Under the pieces are notes generated by a model. That model was not told the DNA's origin, made no database searches, and saw only the letters and a list, made by a program, of their open reading frames with translations. Shown one piece after another: positions 21,747-34,025 of a stretch of 64,000 nt of DNA. The translations under genes were made by a program, and so were the position numbers. Location of the stretch: positions 19,468,001 to 19,532,000 of the forward strand of contig JBHGNT010000008.1 of NCBI GenBank assembly GCA_043228905.1, in the 5' to 3' direction. The stretch is from Azolla caroliniana (lineage: Eukaryota; Plantae; Polypodiophyta). Each line of letters starts with the position of its first letter. Position 1 is the first letter of the stretch.

Positions 21747-24700
21747 GATTATTGACTCGGAAGCCTCGTATCACATTACTCTATATCGGGAGATGTTCTC
21801 GTCATATGCCGGTGGTGACTTTGGCAAAGTCAAAATAGCTAACCACGGCATAACAGAGGTTGTTGGCATAGAAAATATAATTCTAACCATGGACACCGGT
21901 TGCAAACTAGTATTAAACGATGTTAGGCATGTACTGGACATTCGCTTGAATATTATTTTGGCCGGTAAGCTTGATGATGAGGGTTACACAAATTCCTTTG
22001 GTGAAAGAAAATGGAAGCTCATCAAAGGCTCGCTAGTATTAGGAAGATGCCTAAAACAAAATTCCCTCTATGTAATGTGTGATATGGTGTCCGGCGGAGA
22101 GGTGAATGTAGCCGATAAGGAAGTCCCTATTGAATTGTGGCACAAGAGACTTGGGCACATGAGTCAAAAAGGACTCGAGGTGCTAGCTAGAAAGAACATC
22201 CTACCTGAGATAAGAGGTATGCACTTGGAGACTTGTGTTGATTGCTTGGCCGGCAGACAACACAGAGTCGCTTTTCAGCATTTGTCCCCAAAAAGAAAAT
22301 CTCAGCCACTAGAATTGGTGCACACTAACTTGTGTTATATGAAAGATAAGACTCTAGGGGGGGCATTGTACTTTGCCACATTTATTGATGACTTCTCAAG
22401 GAATTTGTGGTGTTTTGCATTGAGGACTAAATAACAAGTCTTTGAGATCTTTAATAACAAGTGTGGAAAGGGAAACTGGGAGAAAACTTAAATGCATCCG
22501 TGTGGATAACAGGGGTGAGTACCGAGGACAATTTGAACAATATTGTCATGAGCATGGGATCAAGCTTGAGAGGAGTGTTCCCAAAACACCTCAGCACAAT
22601 GGCGTGGCTGAGAGGATGAATAGGAAAATTTGTGAGCGGATAAGATGTATGTTATCCCACTCAAAATTGTCGAAATCTTTTTGGGGTGAAGCAATGAGGA
22701 CTATCTTTGACCTCATTAATCAGTCCCTTTGGATGGTGATGTACCCGAGAGGGTGTGGACAGGTAAGGAGGTGTCATACAAACACTTAAGAGTGTTTGGT
22801 TGCAAGGCTTATGTCCACATCCCAAAAGATGAAAGATCCAAGCTTGATGAAAAATGCAAACCATGCATATTTTTAGGATATGACCATGAGGAATTCGGCT
22901 ATAGACTTTATGACCCATTAGAGAAGAAGGTCATTAGAAGCAGGGATGTGGTATTCCTTGAGGATCTGACCTTGCAAGATCCGGATCCGAAGGAGATGCC
23001 AAAAAACACCCATGATCCTACGGTCAACAACAATCCAACTCCTACCCAAGACATACAAGGTCAAGGGGGAGACATAGAGGATTATCAGGATACGGTTGAT
23101 GATGTAGTTGATGATGCTCTTGATGAGGAAAATGAACACAAGCATGATCATCAAATCCTAGGTGACTAGACTGATGATGTTTCGGTGGCACCACCGGAAG
23201 TGGGCGGGGTGAGAAGGTCTATAAGACAAAGACAACCTTCAACCAGATATAGTCCACATGAGTATGTATTGCTTACAGATGTAGGAGAGCCACAGAGCTT
23301 TCGAGAAGCTATGGCACATGATCAAAAGGAGAAATGACTTGAGGCCATGAAGGATGAGATGAGGTCTTTGCAAAACAATCATACCTATGATCTAGTAAAG
23401 TTGCCTAAGGGAAAGAGAGCACTGAAAAACAAAAAGGTTTTCAGGCTCAAAGCCGAGGAACATTGCTCACAACCAAGATACAAGGCAAGATTGGTTGTGA
23501 TTCAGAAGCGGTTTAGCCAGAAAAATGGCGTTGATTTCGAGGATATTTTCTCACCATTAGTAAAGATGTCCTCTATTAGAGTTGTGCTCGGGATTGTTGC
23601 CAGTCTCAATCCAGAAATCGAACAACTTGATGTAAAAATTGCCTTCCTTCACAATGAGTTGGAAGAGGAAATCTACGTGGAGCAACCCGAGGGATTTGGA
23701 GTCAAAGGAAAGTAAAACCTGGTATGCAGGTTAAAGAAGAGCTTGTATGGCCTAAAACAAGCTCCTAGACTCTGGTATAAAAAGTTTGACTCCTTCATGC
23801 TGAGCCATGGGTATAATAGGACAAACACAGATCATTGTGTGTTTTTTAAGAAGTTCTCAAATAATGACTTTGTTATTCTACTTCTATATGTAGATGATAT
23901 GTTGATTGTTGGTTGAAACACCAACAAGATTGAAAAGCTAAAAAGCTAAAAAGAGAGTTGAGTCAATCTTTCGCTATGAAAGACTTGGTGTCACGACACA
24001 GCGGCATAAAATACTTAGTTGGTGAGGATTGAACCTACAACCTCATTTCATTCCATCTTGTCTCCTTCTTCATCTCTGTCTTCATGCTCTTGTGTCATTC
24101 CTAGCTTCTTAAGTTCCACGCTCGTAACCCATCATCTATGCTTCGTCCGAGTGCGCGGTTGGTGTGTCCATGACACTTGGGACTAGCCAAGCAAATCATT
24201 GGGATGAAGATAACCAAGGATAGAGTGAGCAAAAGGTTGTGGCTATCTCAAGAACAGTATATTGAGAAAGTTCTTGAGAGATTTAACATGGCCAAGTGTA
24301 AGCCGGTTAACACTCCACTCGCGGGCCACTTTAAACTCAGTTCAGCTCAATGCCCTACGAGTGAGGAAGAGCAAGAGAGAATGAAACAAATACCATATGC
24401 ATCTGCAGTCGGCAGTTTGATGTATGATATGGTATGCACAAGGTCAGACATTGCTCATACAATCAGTGTAGTAAGCCGTTTTCTCTCGAACCCTCGAAAA
24501 GATCATTGGGAAGCAGTGAAATGGATCCTACAATATCTGAGGGGTACCTCAAGAGTCTTCTAAAATTTGGTGAGAACCAAACTATATTAGACGGATATAC
24601 AGATTTCGATATGGCTAGTGATGTTGACTCTCGAAAGTCTACATCAGAGTATTTAATGATCTTTGTATGGGGAGCGGTCTCTTGGCAGTCAAGACTGCAA

Positions 24701-25052
24701 AAATGTGTGGCATTATCCACAACAGAGGCTGCCACGGAGGCCAGTAAGGAATTGCTATGGCTGAAGAAATTCCTACAAGAGTTGGGATTAATGCAAGAAA
24801 AGTACATTTTGTATTGTGATAGCCAAGGTGTTATACATTTAAGCAAAAAGTCTTCCTTCCACTCTAAGTCAAAACACATAGATGTTAGGTACCATTGGAT
24901 TAGAGATGTGCTTGAAGAAAAACATATGCACATTGAAAACATTCACACCAATAAGAATGGCTTTGACAAAATGTTTGTCAAGAGAGAAGCTTGAAGTTTG
25001 CAAACAAAAAGCAAACCTAGTTATGCCCACACTTGAGATAGAGGGGGAGAAT
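21745..25052 (+). pseudogene. Decayed Ty1/Copia pol (PR-INT-RT-RH), 5' end deleted
   Basis: IIDSEAS, WHKRLGH, AERMN, FGCKAY, LYVDD and SWQSRLQ, with many stops and frameshifts. PPT GAGGGGGAG at 25041. Confidence 0.92.
23989..24175. mobile_element. 187-bp solo LTR or TRIM-like insertion
   Basis: TGTCA...TGACA ends with an imperfect ~12-bp inverted repeat. 5-bp TSD CTTGG (23984-23988 and 24176-24180). Splits the MKDLG motif. Confidence 0.85.
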
Positions 25053-25305
25053 TGTTGGGTCTATCCACTCAAGTGGAGCCCATGACATGGAGTTGGTTGA
25101 GAGCCAACTACCAACTCAGTGTTGAATCAGTTGGGTACTGATTCAGGCTAAGTGTTGAATCGGTTGGGCGTCGATTCAGGCTGAGTGTTGAGTGTTGATT
25201 CGACTGAACGCCGAATCAGCTCAAAGCTAAAGAAAGGAAAAGGTTATATTTGTTTATAACTATATGTGTGCGTGTGTGCGTGTGCGTGTGCGTGTGCGTG
25301 TGTGT

Positions 25306-25354
<49 letters not shown>

Positions 25355-25727
25355 CGTTTTTTATGTGTCCTTTTTTCTTCTTGTGTGTGTGTGTGTGCCT
25401 TTTCGTATGTTAATGTGTGAATGCAGATACGAAAAGAGGAGACGTTACCCCAAAAAGGCTGATAAAGAGAAGGTATAGACAGAAAAACGGGTAGAGAAAA
25501 AATTCAGAGACAGATAGAGAAAACAGAGCGTGATATAGAGAAAAATTGCACATGAGTAAACAGAACTAAGGCTGAAAAACAGAGATTTGAGAAGGAGAGG
25601 TGTGTGAGAGAACACAACAAAGCTTTTGCAAGAAAACAGAAACAAGTAAGAGAGCTCGAGAAAGGGGTGATCGAGAGCGAGAACTCGTTGCAAGAGTGAA
25701 GATGGAGATCTAGCGAGGTGTTGTCTG

Positions 25728-25815
25728 TGTTGGAGACGAGGTCGTCTATGCGGAAGATCAAGAAGCATTCGATTCTGTTCTGAATACCTGCGTATGACAG
25801 TTTCTAGTCGTTGCA

Positions 25816-25847
<32 letters not shown>

Positions 25848-28800
25848 CACAAAATACTTCTTCTTTCTTCAAAGCAATAATACAACACCCAACCTTACAA
25901 AAAGGTTACAAGGTCACTATATATAGTGACCGACTTAGGGCAACTACCCTTTATGCTAATTACATAAATGGCCAAAACGGGATAGTGTGAATACGTCCAT
26001 TATACACATGTATTCGACACTCCCCCGTAATGGGCGTATACATGGGTTATCTAAGATTACAGGTATAGACTTAGGTTCTCGGACATATCAGCTTTGTTCG
26101 AGTCGGCAGGGTCCGAAGGCAGAAGACCGAACTGGTCGGGTCGGAGCAGTTGAAGCCGATCATTAAGGAACTGATGTCGGTTGTCGGGAACCATCCTGCT
26201 CTGTGTCCGGCTCTAACCGGACTGGTTTGTCGTTACGCCCATCTGATGCCGAAGAGACCGAAAACGGTCTGCCGAAAGACACTTGGTCATTCCATCTGCG
26301 ACATTGTCGGTTGTGGATATTTTCTCTAGACTGATTTTCCCTGAAATGACGCAGTCCCGAACGAAGTGATATCGAACGTCGATATGTTTGGAGGCGTTGT
26401 GGTGAACCGGATTTTTCGACAAGGCAACAGCACCTTGACTGTCGCTGTAGACAACTGGAGCCGAGTCATGGTCGACTTGTCGAAACGTGTGCGCCAGCCG
26501 ACCGAGCCACAAAGCTTCTTTTGCTGCGTCGGACGCAGCTACATATTCTGCTTCGGTCGTTGAGGTCGCTGTGCACTCCTGAAGTTTCGACTTCCACGAG
26601 ATTGCTCCATTGCCGAATTTGAAGCAGTATCCGGTTGTTGATTTCCGACTGTCTATACAGCCGGCGAAGTCCGAGTCGGTGTAACCGACTACGCCTGAGG
26701 TTCGGTTCGGACCAAAAAGAATGTCGTGGTCTTTTGTGCCAGCCAGATATCTGAACACATGCTTGACTGCGTTCCAATGCGATCGGCCAGGATTGTGCAT
26801 AAATCTGCTAACGACTCCTACGGCATGAGAAATATCAGGCCGTGTCGCGACCATCAGGTACATAAGGGAGCCGACTGCCGGTGCATACGGTACCGACTTC
26901 ATATCTTCCCCCTCCGGGCCGGATGTCGGGCAGTCTCGCTGAGAGAGCCGAAGATTCATTGGGAGCGGGGTTGAAGCAGATTTGGCTGATTGCATGTTGA
27001 AGCGTTCCAAGACACGTCGGATATAGTCGGTCTGAGACAAAAAAAGATGTCGTTTATCGCGATGCCGACTAATCTTCATGCCGAGTATGTGTCGTGCCGG
27101 ACCGAGGTCCTTCATGGCAAACTTCAACCGCAGTTGCCGAATGAGATCGGCAAGTTCGCCCGCGTGGCGTCCAGAAATTAGCATGTCGTCCACGTAAATG
27201 ATGAGGAAGATGGGTGATCCATCTTGAGCTGTGTTGGTGAAGAGACAATGGTCCTCATCGCTTTTGGAGAAGCCGATCGATTGGATGAAGTCGTCGAACT
27301 TCTTGTACCATTGTCGTGGTGCCTGTTTGAGGCCGTATAGACTCTTCCTGAGTCGGCAGACTAGATGTTCTTGGCCAGTTGCCACGAAGCCTTTTGGCTG
27401 CTCCATATAAATTTCCTCGTCAAGATCACCATGGAGGAAGGCTGTTTTGACATCTAGCTGAATCAGCTCCAAGTTGTCGGCTGCCACTACGCCGAGTAGG
27501 AAACGAAGGGTTGTCATTTTCACCACTGGTGAAAAAATCTCGTCGAAGTCGACGCCATATTCTTGTCAGAAGCCCTTCGCAACTAATCTGGCCTTGTACT
27601 TTGGGGTGGTCGAATCAGACGTCTCTTTTAGTCGATAAACCCACTTGCAAGGAAGAGCACGTCGGTTCCTAGGTAATTCGACCAGATCCCAAGTCTTGTT
27701 TGCCCGAATGGAGTGCATTTCCGACTCCATCGCCAGATGCCAGGTGGCTGAATCGACAGATGTCGATGCTTCTTCGTAAGACGTCGGTTCGCCGGCGTCG
27801 ATGAAGAAAATTCCAGGAGAATACCTCTCCGGAGGTTGCGACAGTCTCTCGGATCGTCGAGGTATGATTGGACTGGTCGCATCGGGTATCGAGGTCGGAT
27901 GGTCCGAAAGCGGATTGTTCTGCTGTGCCGAGTCGGGGTTGTCCGAGTCGGTAGTGTAAGGTTCAGCTACCCGTGAAGCTGACCGTGTGTTAAGAGCGGG
28001 GCCTTCTTGAAGGGTCGGTACATCTGAAAATGTGACCCTTCGGACTTCGATCGGTGTTTTGACTGATGGATTCATAGCCGACTCATTGAACACAACGTCC
28101 GAACTTCGGACGATTTGTCTGCGTTCGGGATCCCAGAGTCGGTATCCCATTTCGCCGTCGGATCCATATCCAAGGAAAATGCATTTCCTGGACCGAGGTG
28201 CAAGTTTTCGGCGATCATCTTTCGGAATAAGGGCGTACGCCTCGCATCCGAAGATCCTCAGCTTGTCGTAATTCGGCTTACTGCCGATCCATAGTTCCTG
28301 AGGAATTTGAAGTCCTAGAGGTCTACTTGGCGACATATTGATTATGTGTACTGCCGTGAGTAGAGCCTCTGCCCAGAAGCCATCCGACAGTCCGGAGTGT
28401 TGGAGCATGGAAACTATCCGTTCTTGGATTGTCCGATTCATGCGTTCGGCAATCCCGTTTTGCTCCGGACTGTGTGGTGCCGTAAATTCACGTCGGATGC
28501 CGCGTTGTCGGCAGAATTTGACGAATTCTTCTGATTTGAACTCTCCCCCATTGTCGGTCCGAAGGCATTTCAGCTTTCGGTCGGTTTGATTTTCTACCAT
28601 AGCGAGCCAATCGGTGAAGATCGAGAAGACACGATCTTTGGTGCGAATTGGATAAGCCCACACCTTTCGAGTCGAATCGTCAATAAAACTGACGAAGTAA
28701 GAGGCACCGCCAAGAGACTGATGCGGCATTGGGCCACAGACGTCCGAGTGGACTAAATCGAGAGGTCTCGTTTCTCTTGGTGCTGATGTCGGGTGTGATG

Positions 28801-31171
28801 CGGCTACTTGTTTGCCATACTGGCAATGCTCGCAGAATTGATGGTCGGAGAAGGAGAGTTTGGGGATGTATCCGGCTCTAGATAGGTGCGTGATGCCGGC
28901 CTTGCTGAGGTGTCCTAATCTTCTGTGCCATAGTGATGACACAGGAATATCCACCAAAAACAGGTTACCCTCTCTGAGCGTAACATGTAACGAATACAGG
29001 GAGTGTATCTTGGGTCCTCTAGCAAGCAGGAGGTTCCCCCTGTGGAGTGTCCACCCTCCCGAAGAAAAACCGGCACGAATGCCGTCTTCATCTAGTTGTC
29101 CGACTGAGATCAATGGCCTTGAGAGCTCGGGTACATGTCGGACATTGTGGAGTACAAGTGTAGAGCCACCTGCAAGGTTGAGCTCTACTGTGCCGATTCC
29201 GATGATGTCACAGTGTTGTGAGTTGCCGACTCGAACTGAGTCGGAGTGACGGATCGTATATTGCCGAAATTGGGATCGATGAGGAGTCACGTGAAATGAC
29301 GCACCCGAATCTAAGAGCCATGTGCTCGATTCTTCAGTCGTGAGTAGAACTTCTGATCCGACTGGATTTTCGATTGATAGTATATTCGGGTCGTCCGGTA
29401 GTACATCAGCTGAGAAACTGACGTAATTGATCTCCTCATGCCGGCCACTCTTCTTGTTGTTCTTGTTCTTGAGTGCGCGGCAGTCGGCTTTGATGTGTCC
29501 GGGTTTCTTGCAATAGTTGCAGATTCGGTTATCCCGTGACTGGCTCCGTCTTCGCTGATTGTTCGGCGGTCGTGAGGAATCTCTTCCTCGTATGTTCGAT
29601 CGGTCTGTCGAACCTTGTACTACATAAGCGTCGTCTGTTGAGTCTTTGGCGAAAGACTTTCTCCGAGCTGCTTCGGTCAGGATTGCGCTCGTGACTTCGG
29701 AGTACTTAACAGCCGTGGTTGACGCGTTGCACACGGTTGTGACGAAAGTTTCCCATGATGAGGGAAGGCTACTCATGAGTATCATTGCTCTGAGTTCATC
29801 CTCGATTGCCGTCCCCTGTGACGAGATTTGGGAGCTTATGCTTTCGTACTCATTGAGGTGTGCTTGAACCGAATCGGATTCTTTCATCCGCAAGTTGTAG
29901 AGGCGCCGGATCAGAAACATCTTCGTTGCGGCGACCTTCTTTTCGTAAGTGTCCGACAGTGTTTTCCACAGTTCGAATGCTGTCGTACACGATTGCACCG
30001 TAAAGTATACCGATTCCGATAGGTGCATCCGAATCGTGGCGCGGACGATTCTGTCCAGCTTCTGCCACTCAATTGGTTTGTATCCTTCTGGAGGTTCTTC
30101 ATTTTCGATGGGATCGATTTGCCCCTTGACTATGAGATAGTCCTGCATTTGCTCCTTCCAGAAGTTGAAGTTCGATCCATCGAACTTTCGTAGACTCATT
30201 TCTGACGAGCCGGATGTTGATGCCATCAAATTCGGTTTCGGTTGACGAAGCTCGGTTCGAAGTTGACTACGAACCTTGTTGGAGTGCAGCCGGTTGGCTC
30301 ACCCGATATCGTTCTAGTCGGATTTGAACCCGAGTCGGTTCGGCTTCGGAACTTGCTCGAATTGACTCCGGTAGCTTGAGGGACAGAACCGACTGGTCTT
30401 CCCGAATGTTGCCGAGTCGGAGTGAGCCCGGTTCGCTTCAGATATATATGCCGAATACCGATTATTAAAACCGATTATCTGGACCGATTCTGCTTCGGTT
30501 GACTACAGCAACGAGAGAGACGGATCCAACTGATCCTCCCGAATGTCGATCAGCCAGATGAAGCACGAATTTGGGGTTGTTGTCTTAAGACCGATCTGCA
30601 CCGAGTGGTTACAATGAGCGGCGTTTGATTACCTCTTCGGATGCCGTTTAACCGAATGGAGCACGATCGTGTCAAAGTTGCACAAGGGGATTTCGCGCCG
30701 AGCGGTTACGATCACAAGGAACGGAGTGCAACCTGCTGGCTTACTCCAAGCAAAGATGATCTAACGCGATGAGATGCAGGCCTCGTTTTTCTTCTTCGAA
30801 TGACACAGGAAACCGAATGCTGTGACGACGACCGACAGCGGATTGAAGGACCGACTACTGTGCACGCTCTGATACCAGATGTTGGAGACGAGGTCGTCTA
30901 TGCGGAAGATCAAGAAGCATTCGATTCTGTTCTGAATACCTGCGTATGACAGTTTCTAGTCGTTGCACAGAGAGAGAGAGGGAGAGAGGGAGAGAGAGAC
31001 ACAAAATACTTCTTCTTTCTTCAAAGCAATAATACAACACCCAACCTTACAAAAAGGTTACAAGGTCACTATATATAGTGACCGACTTAGGGCAACTACC
31101 CTTTATGCTAATTACATAAATGGCCAAAACGGGATAGTGTGAATACGTCCATTATACACATGTATTCGACA
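25728..31171 (-). mobile_element. Young full-length Ty1/Copia retrotransposon
   Basis: 292-bp LTRs at 25728-26019 and 30880-31171 with one visible mismatch. TSD GTCTG, tRNA-iMet PBS at 30866-30877, PPT GGGGGAG next to 26019. Confidence 0.97.
26213..30226 (-). pseudogene. Copia gag-pol with a single nonsense codon (27566-27568)
   Basis: The 887-aa and 437-aa ORFs are in the same frame, reading KGF*QEYGVDF. Zinc knuckle, DSGAS, DDE, YVDD and RNase H motifs are intact. Confidence 0.95.
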
Positions 31172-33244
31172 GTCTGGACTACCCAAAGAGTCATAGCAAC
31201 TCTTTTGTCCACTTGTAACAAGTTTATTTGTTCTGTGTTTTTTTCGGTTTTTTTTTTCTGTTGTTTATCCCATCCGGTAGGGTGAATATTGTAACCAAGG
31301 TTGTAGCCTTGAAATATATGTGCATACCTCTAGTGTAAGCTCTAGGGGTTGCCAACACCTTGTATACTCAGAAAATAGTGAATCTGTTCTGGAACCTAAG
31401 GTTCCTGTGGTTTTTCCCATTTTTGGGTTTTCCACGTTAAATTTCGGCATACTCTCATTTTGTCTTGTGGTTTCGTCTATTTGGAAACTTGTGTTGGTAG
31501 TGTAAATCATCTCGATTCGGATCCATATTCCTAACACTAACATAGGGTATAGATCATTAAGATGATGAGACATCAAACAAAAAAATAGTGTGTCAAGGGG
31601 AGATTCTCAAGTTTCGGCGTAGTGAGTCCATTATTGACATCCACATCACCCCTTGTCATGGTAGGCCTCTTGAACACCCGCTTGATTCACTATATTGTAA
31701 CAATCAATTTACCGATGAAGCGTAAGTGTGTCTCTCAAAACATTGATCCTTGGCAATGACCTCTTCTTTTCCATTTATAGGTTTCATGAGGGTCCTCACC
31801 AAAAATAGTCACTTACCCCGACAATCAATTTTTGCAAAAGCAAATTCCCACTTTCGTTTTACCACATTCCTCCTTATTATATGGTGAACATTGCAAATCA
31901 CTATTTCACTCCCATCATCCATTACAAGTTTCGAATCATTACACCCTGTCATCCCAAGAGGTAGCTCCGGCCAATTGAGCTATATCTTTTTGTTGGTTTG
32001 ATCCGCATCAAAATATGACTCCTCATTGGGGCTTGTTTTACCATCAACCTAAGCTATCATAAATTCAATTTCAGACATTTTCTTCCTTTGTACATGTCTC
32101 ATCTTGGCAGTTATCTTCAACTTGAACAATATACAAGATGCAATTTCTTGTTGCTAGTCCAGGTGTCTTTAGTTTATTTCCCTAAACTAAATCTCTACTT
32201 AATACTCCCCAAATGAAAACTTTCACTATACATTTCAAGATTTGCCACCATTGATAATCATATTTACATATAATCCATTCTGAGAGCCATCAAAGAGACT
32301 AAATGGAGCAATTGTACAAGAGATTAGTAGTTACTTGTGAAAACTGAGTCTCACCACCCTTTCAATGTTGAACCCATGGTTTCTCTTCAATTTGTATAGG
32401 TAACGGACTTGCATCAATGTTTTACTCCATAGTTGCTACCAAATAAACATATAACTAGGTAGGATGTCTAATAATCATCAAACTTCAATAAAGTCCAAAA
32501 ATCTCCAATATCAAAAGTAAACTACATCTCCCACCTCTTTGACCCCCACAAATTAAATTTGGAGTCATATAGAGTTTTTAGTACAGAGAAGTAATTAGGA
32601 GTCACATGAAAGATTATATGTTTATTTGGTTTCATCGATCAAACTTGGCTTCATGAACCATAAAAGATACATTCTATTGAGAAATACCCATTATCTTGGC
32701 CCTAGATAAGAACGTCACAACCTATCAAATCATGGAAATCCAAAACCAAATTTTATGAGGAATGAAACGATGAGAACTATAATACGATTGCATAAACAGC
32801 TTTTTCCCGCGTTACACCTGAAGATAGGCTTCCAATCACCACTCTCAAAATAAAGACCTTGATTGGAAAAGGCAATTGAGAATGCTACAACCCATAACCA
32901 CTTATTTACAAGTCATCCTTGTTGAACCATATACAGTAACCATACAAGTTGCCACATATAAATGAAGATGGCTTGTATGACCGTGGAACCCTAAAATTTG
33001 GCTGGGAAAGTTGTTTCTTGGGAAGATCCCCCTTGCAAACATCACACTACATAGCCATCATCCTATTCTTGAATGAAATGTAAATTACTAGTGAGTAATC
33101 AAGCAAACAATCTGAACTCTTCACTTTTTAAGCACTAGCACTCGATTCCTTCCATTACATCCTCATCCTGCAATCTAGGAGCAGCTGTTTCTCGATTATT
33201 TAGCTTTGAAAACACATTCCGCTGAGATCAAATGGATTTGCTTT

Positions 33245-33560
33245 ACCATGGATTGTGCAAAGAACTGGATGCAACATTATGAACCAAAACCATGTCATCA
33301 TTACCAATATGGAGGATTACAAATTAATACATTTTACAGAAGGGATACTGCCCTCCATTATCATTGATTGCTCCTTGAAAGTCATGTTGCTTGGTTTCAA
33401 GAGACTTTGCTGTTCCATGGATTTTTACAATTGGATGCAATACCATGAGCCAAGCTCACTTCATGGTTACAACAAGAATTGAGGATTACAGAGCATGCAT
33501 TATGCAAAAGGGATAATCCTCCTTTATCCTTATTCCCCCTTGAAAGTTGTGTTGACTTTA
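33245..33560. repeat. Diverged ~170-bp tandem duplication downstream of CRY
   Basis: GAGGATTACA..AAGGGATA..CCTTGAAAGT recurs near 33312 and 33481. Confidence 0.55.
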
Positions 33561-34025
33561 TTGGCTGATTGATTTGACATTCGGTTTATACTTTGCTCCC
33601 TACATTATTGAAATTTCTAAGAGAAGAAAAAACAATTTTTCACTATCATTACACTTCTGTACAAAGCTAACCAACATACTTGTGAGCATGGCCTATAATA
33701 GTGAACAGTTATCCATCAAGGAATCAACATCAATGTGTACAAAGAAGACCTTATTCTACACATCGGTTTGTAGATCAAACCCGTCAAGCTATATAAACTC
33801 CATCCAGTAGCTTACAATCACCTTGTTCCACTGAATCAAAGCTCTTAAAAACTGCATGTGTTCTAAATAAGCATCATGTACTCAGATATAGTACCACCAT
33901 GCCAGCTACCATTTTTGAACACCCAGTTGTCTACATGTGATACCATATTTCCTGACAAAACAGTGTCGTTTCTGACATCCAAACGATCTACGGCTGCCAA
34001 AATCTCCTCTCCTCAATGTGATCGC

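Larger units (their letters stand above)
25053..31536 (+). repeat. 3' LTR of the decayed Copia (25053-25727 + 31177-31536), split by a younger Copia
   Basis: Starts TGTTGGG after the PPT, contains (GT)n at 25266-25345 and the GTGGTTTTTCCC..GGGTTTTCCACG motif, and ends CCTAACA. Confidence 0.8.

Noticed and set aside
25445-25888. ORF repeated at 30855-31040
   Set aside because: It is LTR sequence, identical only because the LTRs are duplicates.
31540-33200. Possible very old LINE remnant (KVFIW-like motif on the minus strand)
   Set aside because: Too degraded to support without a search.
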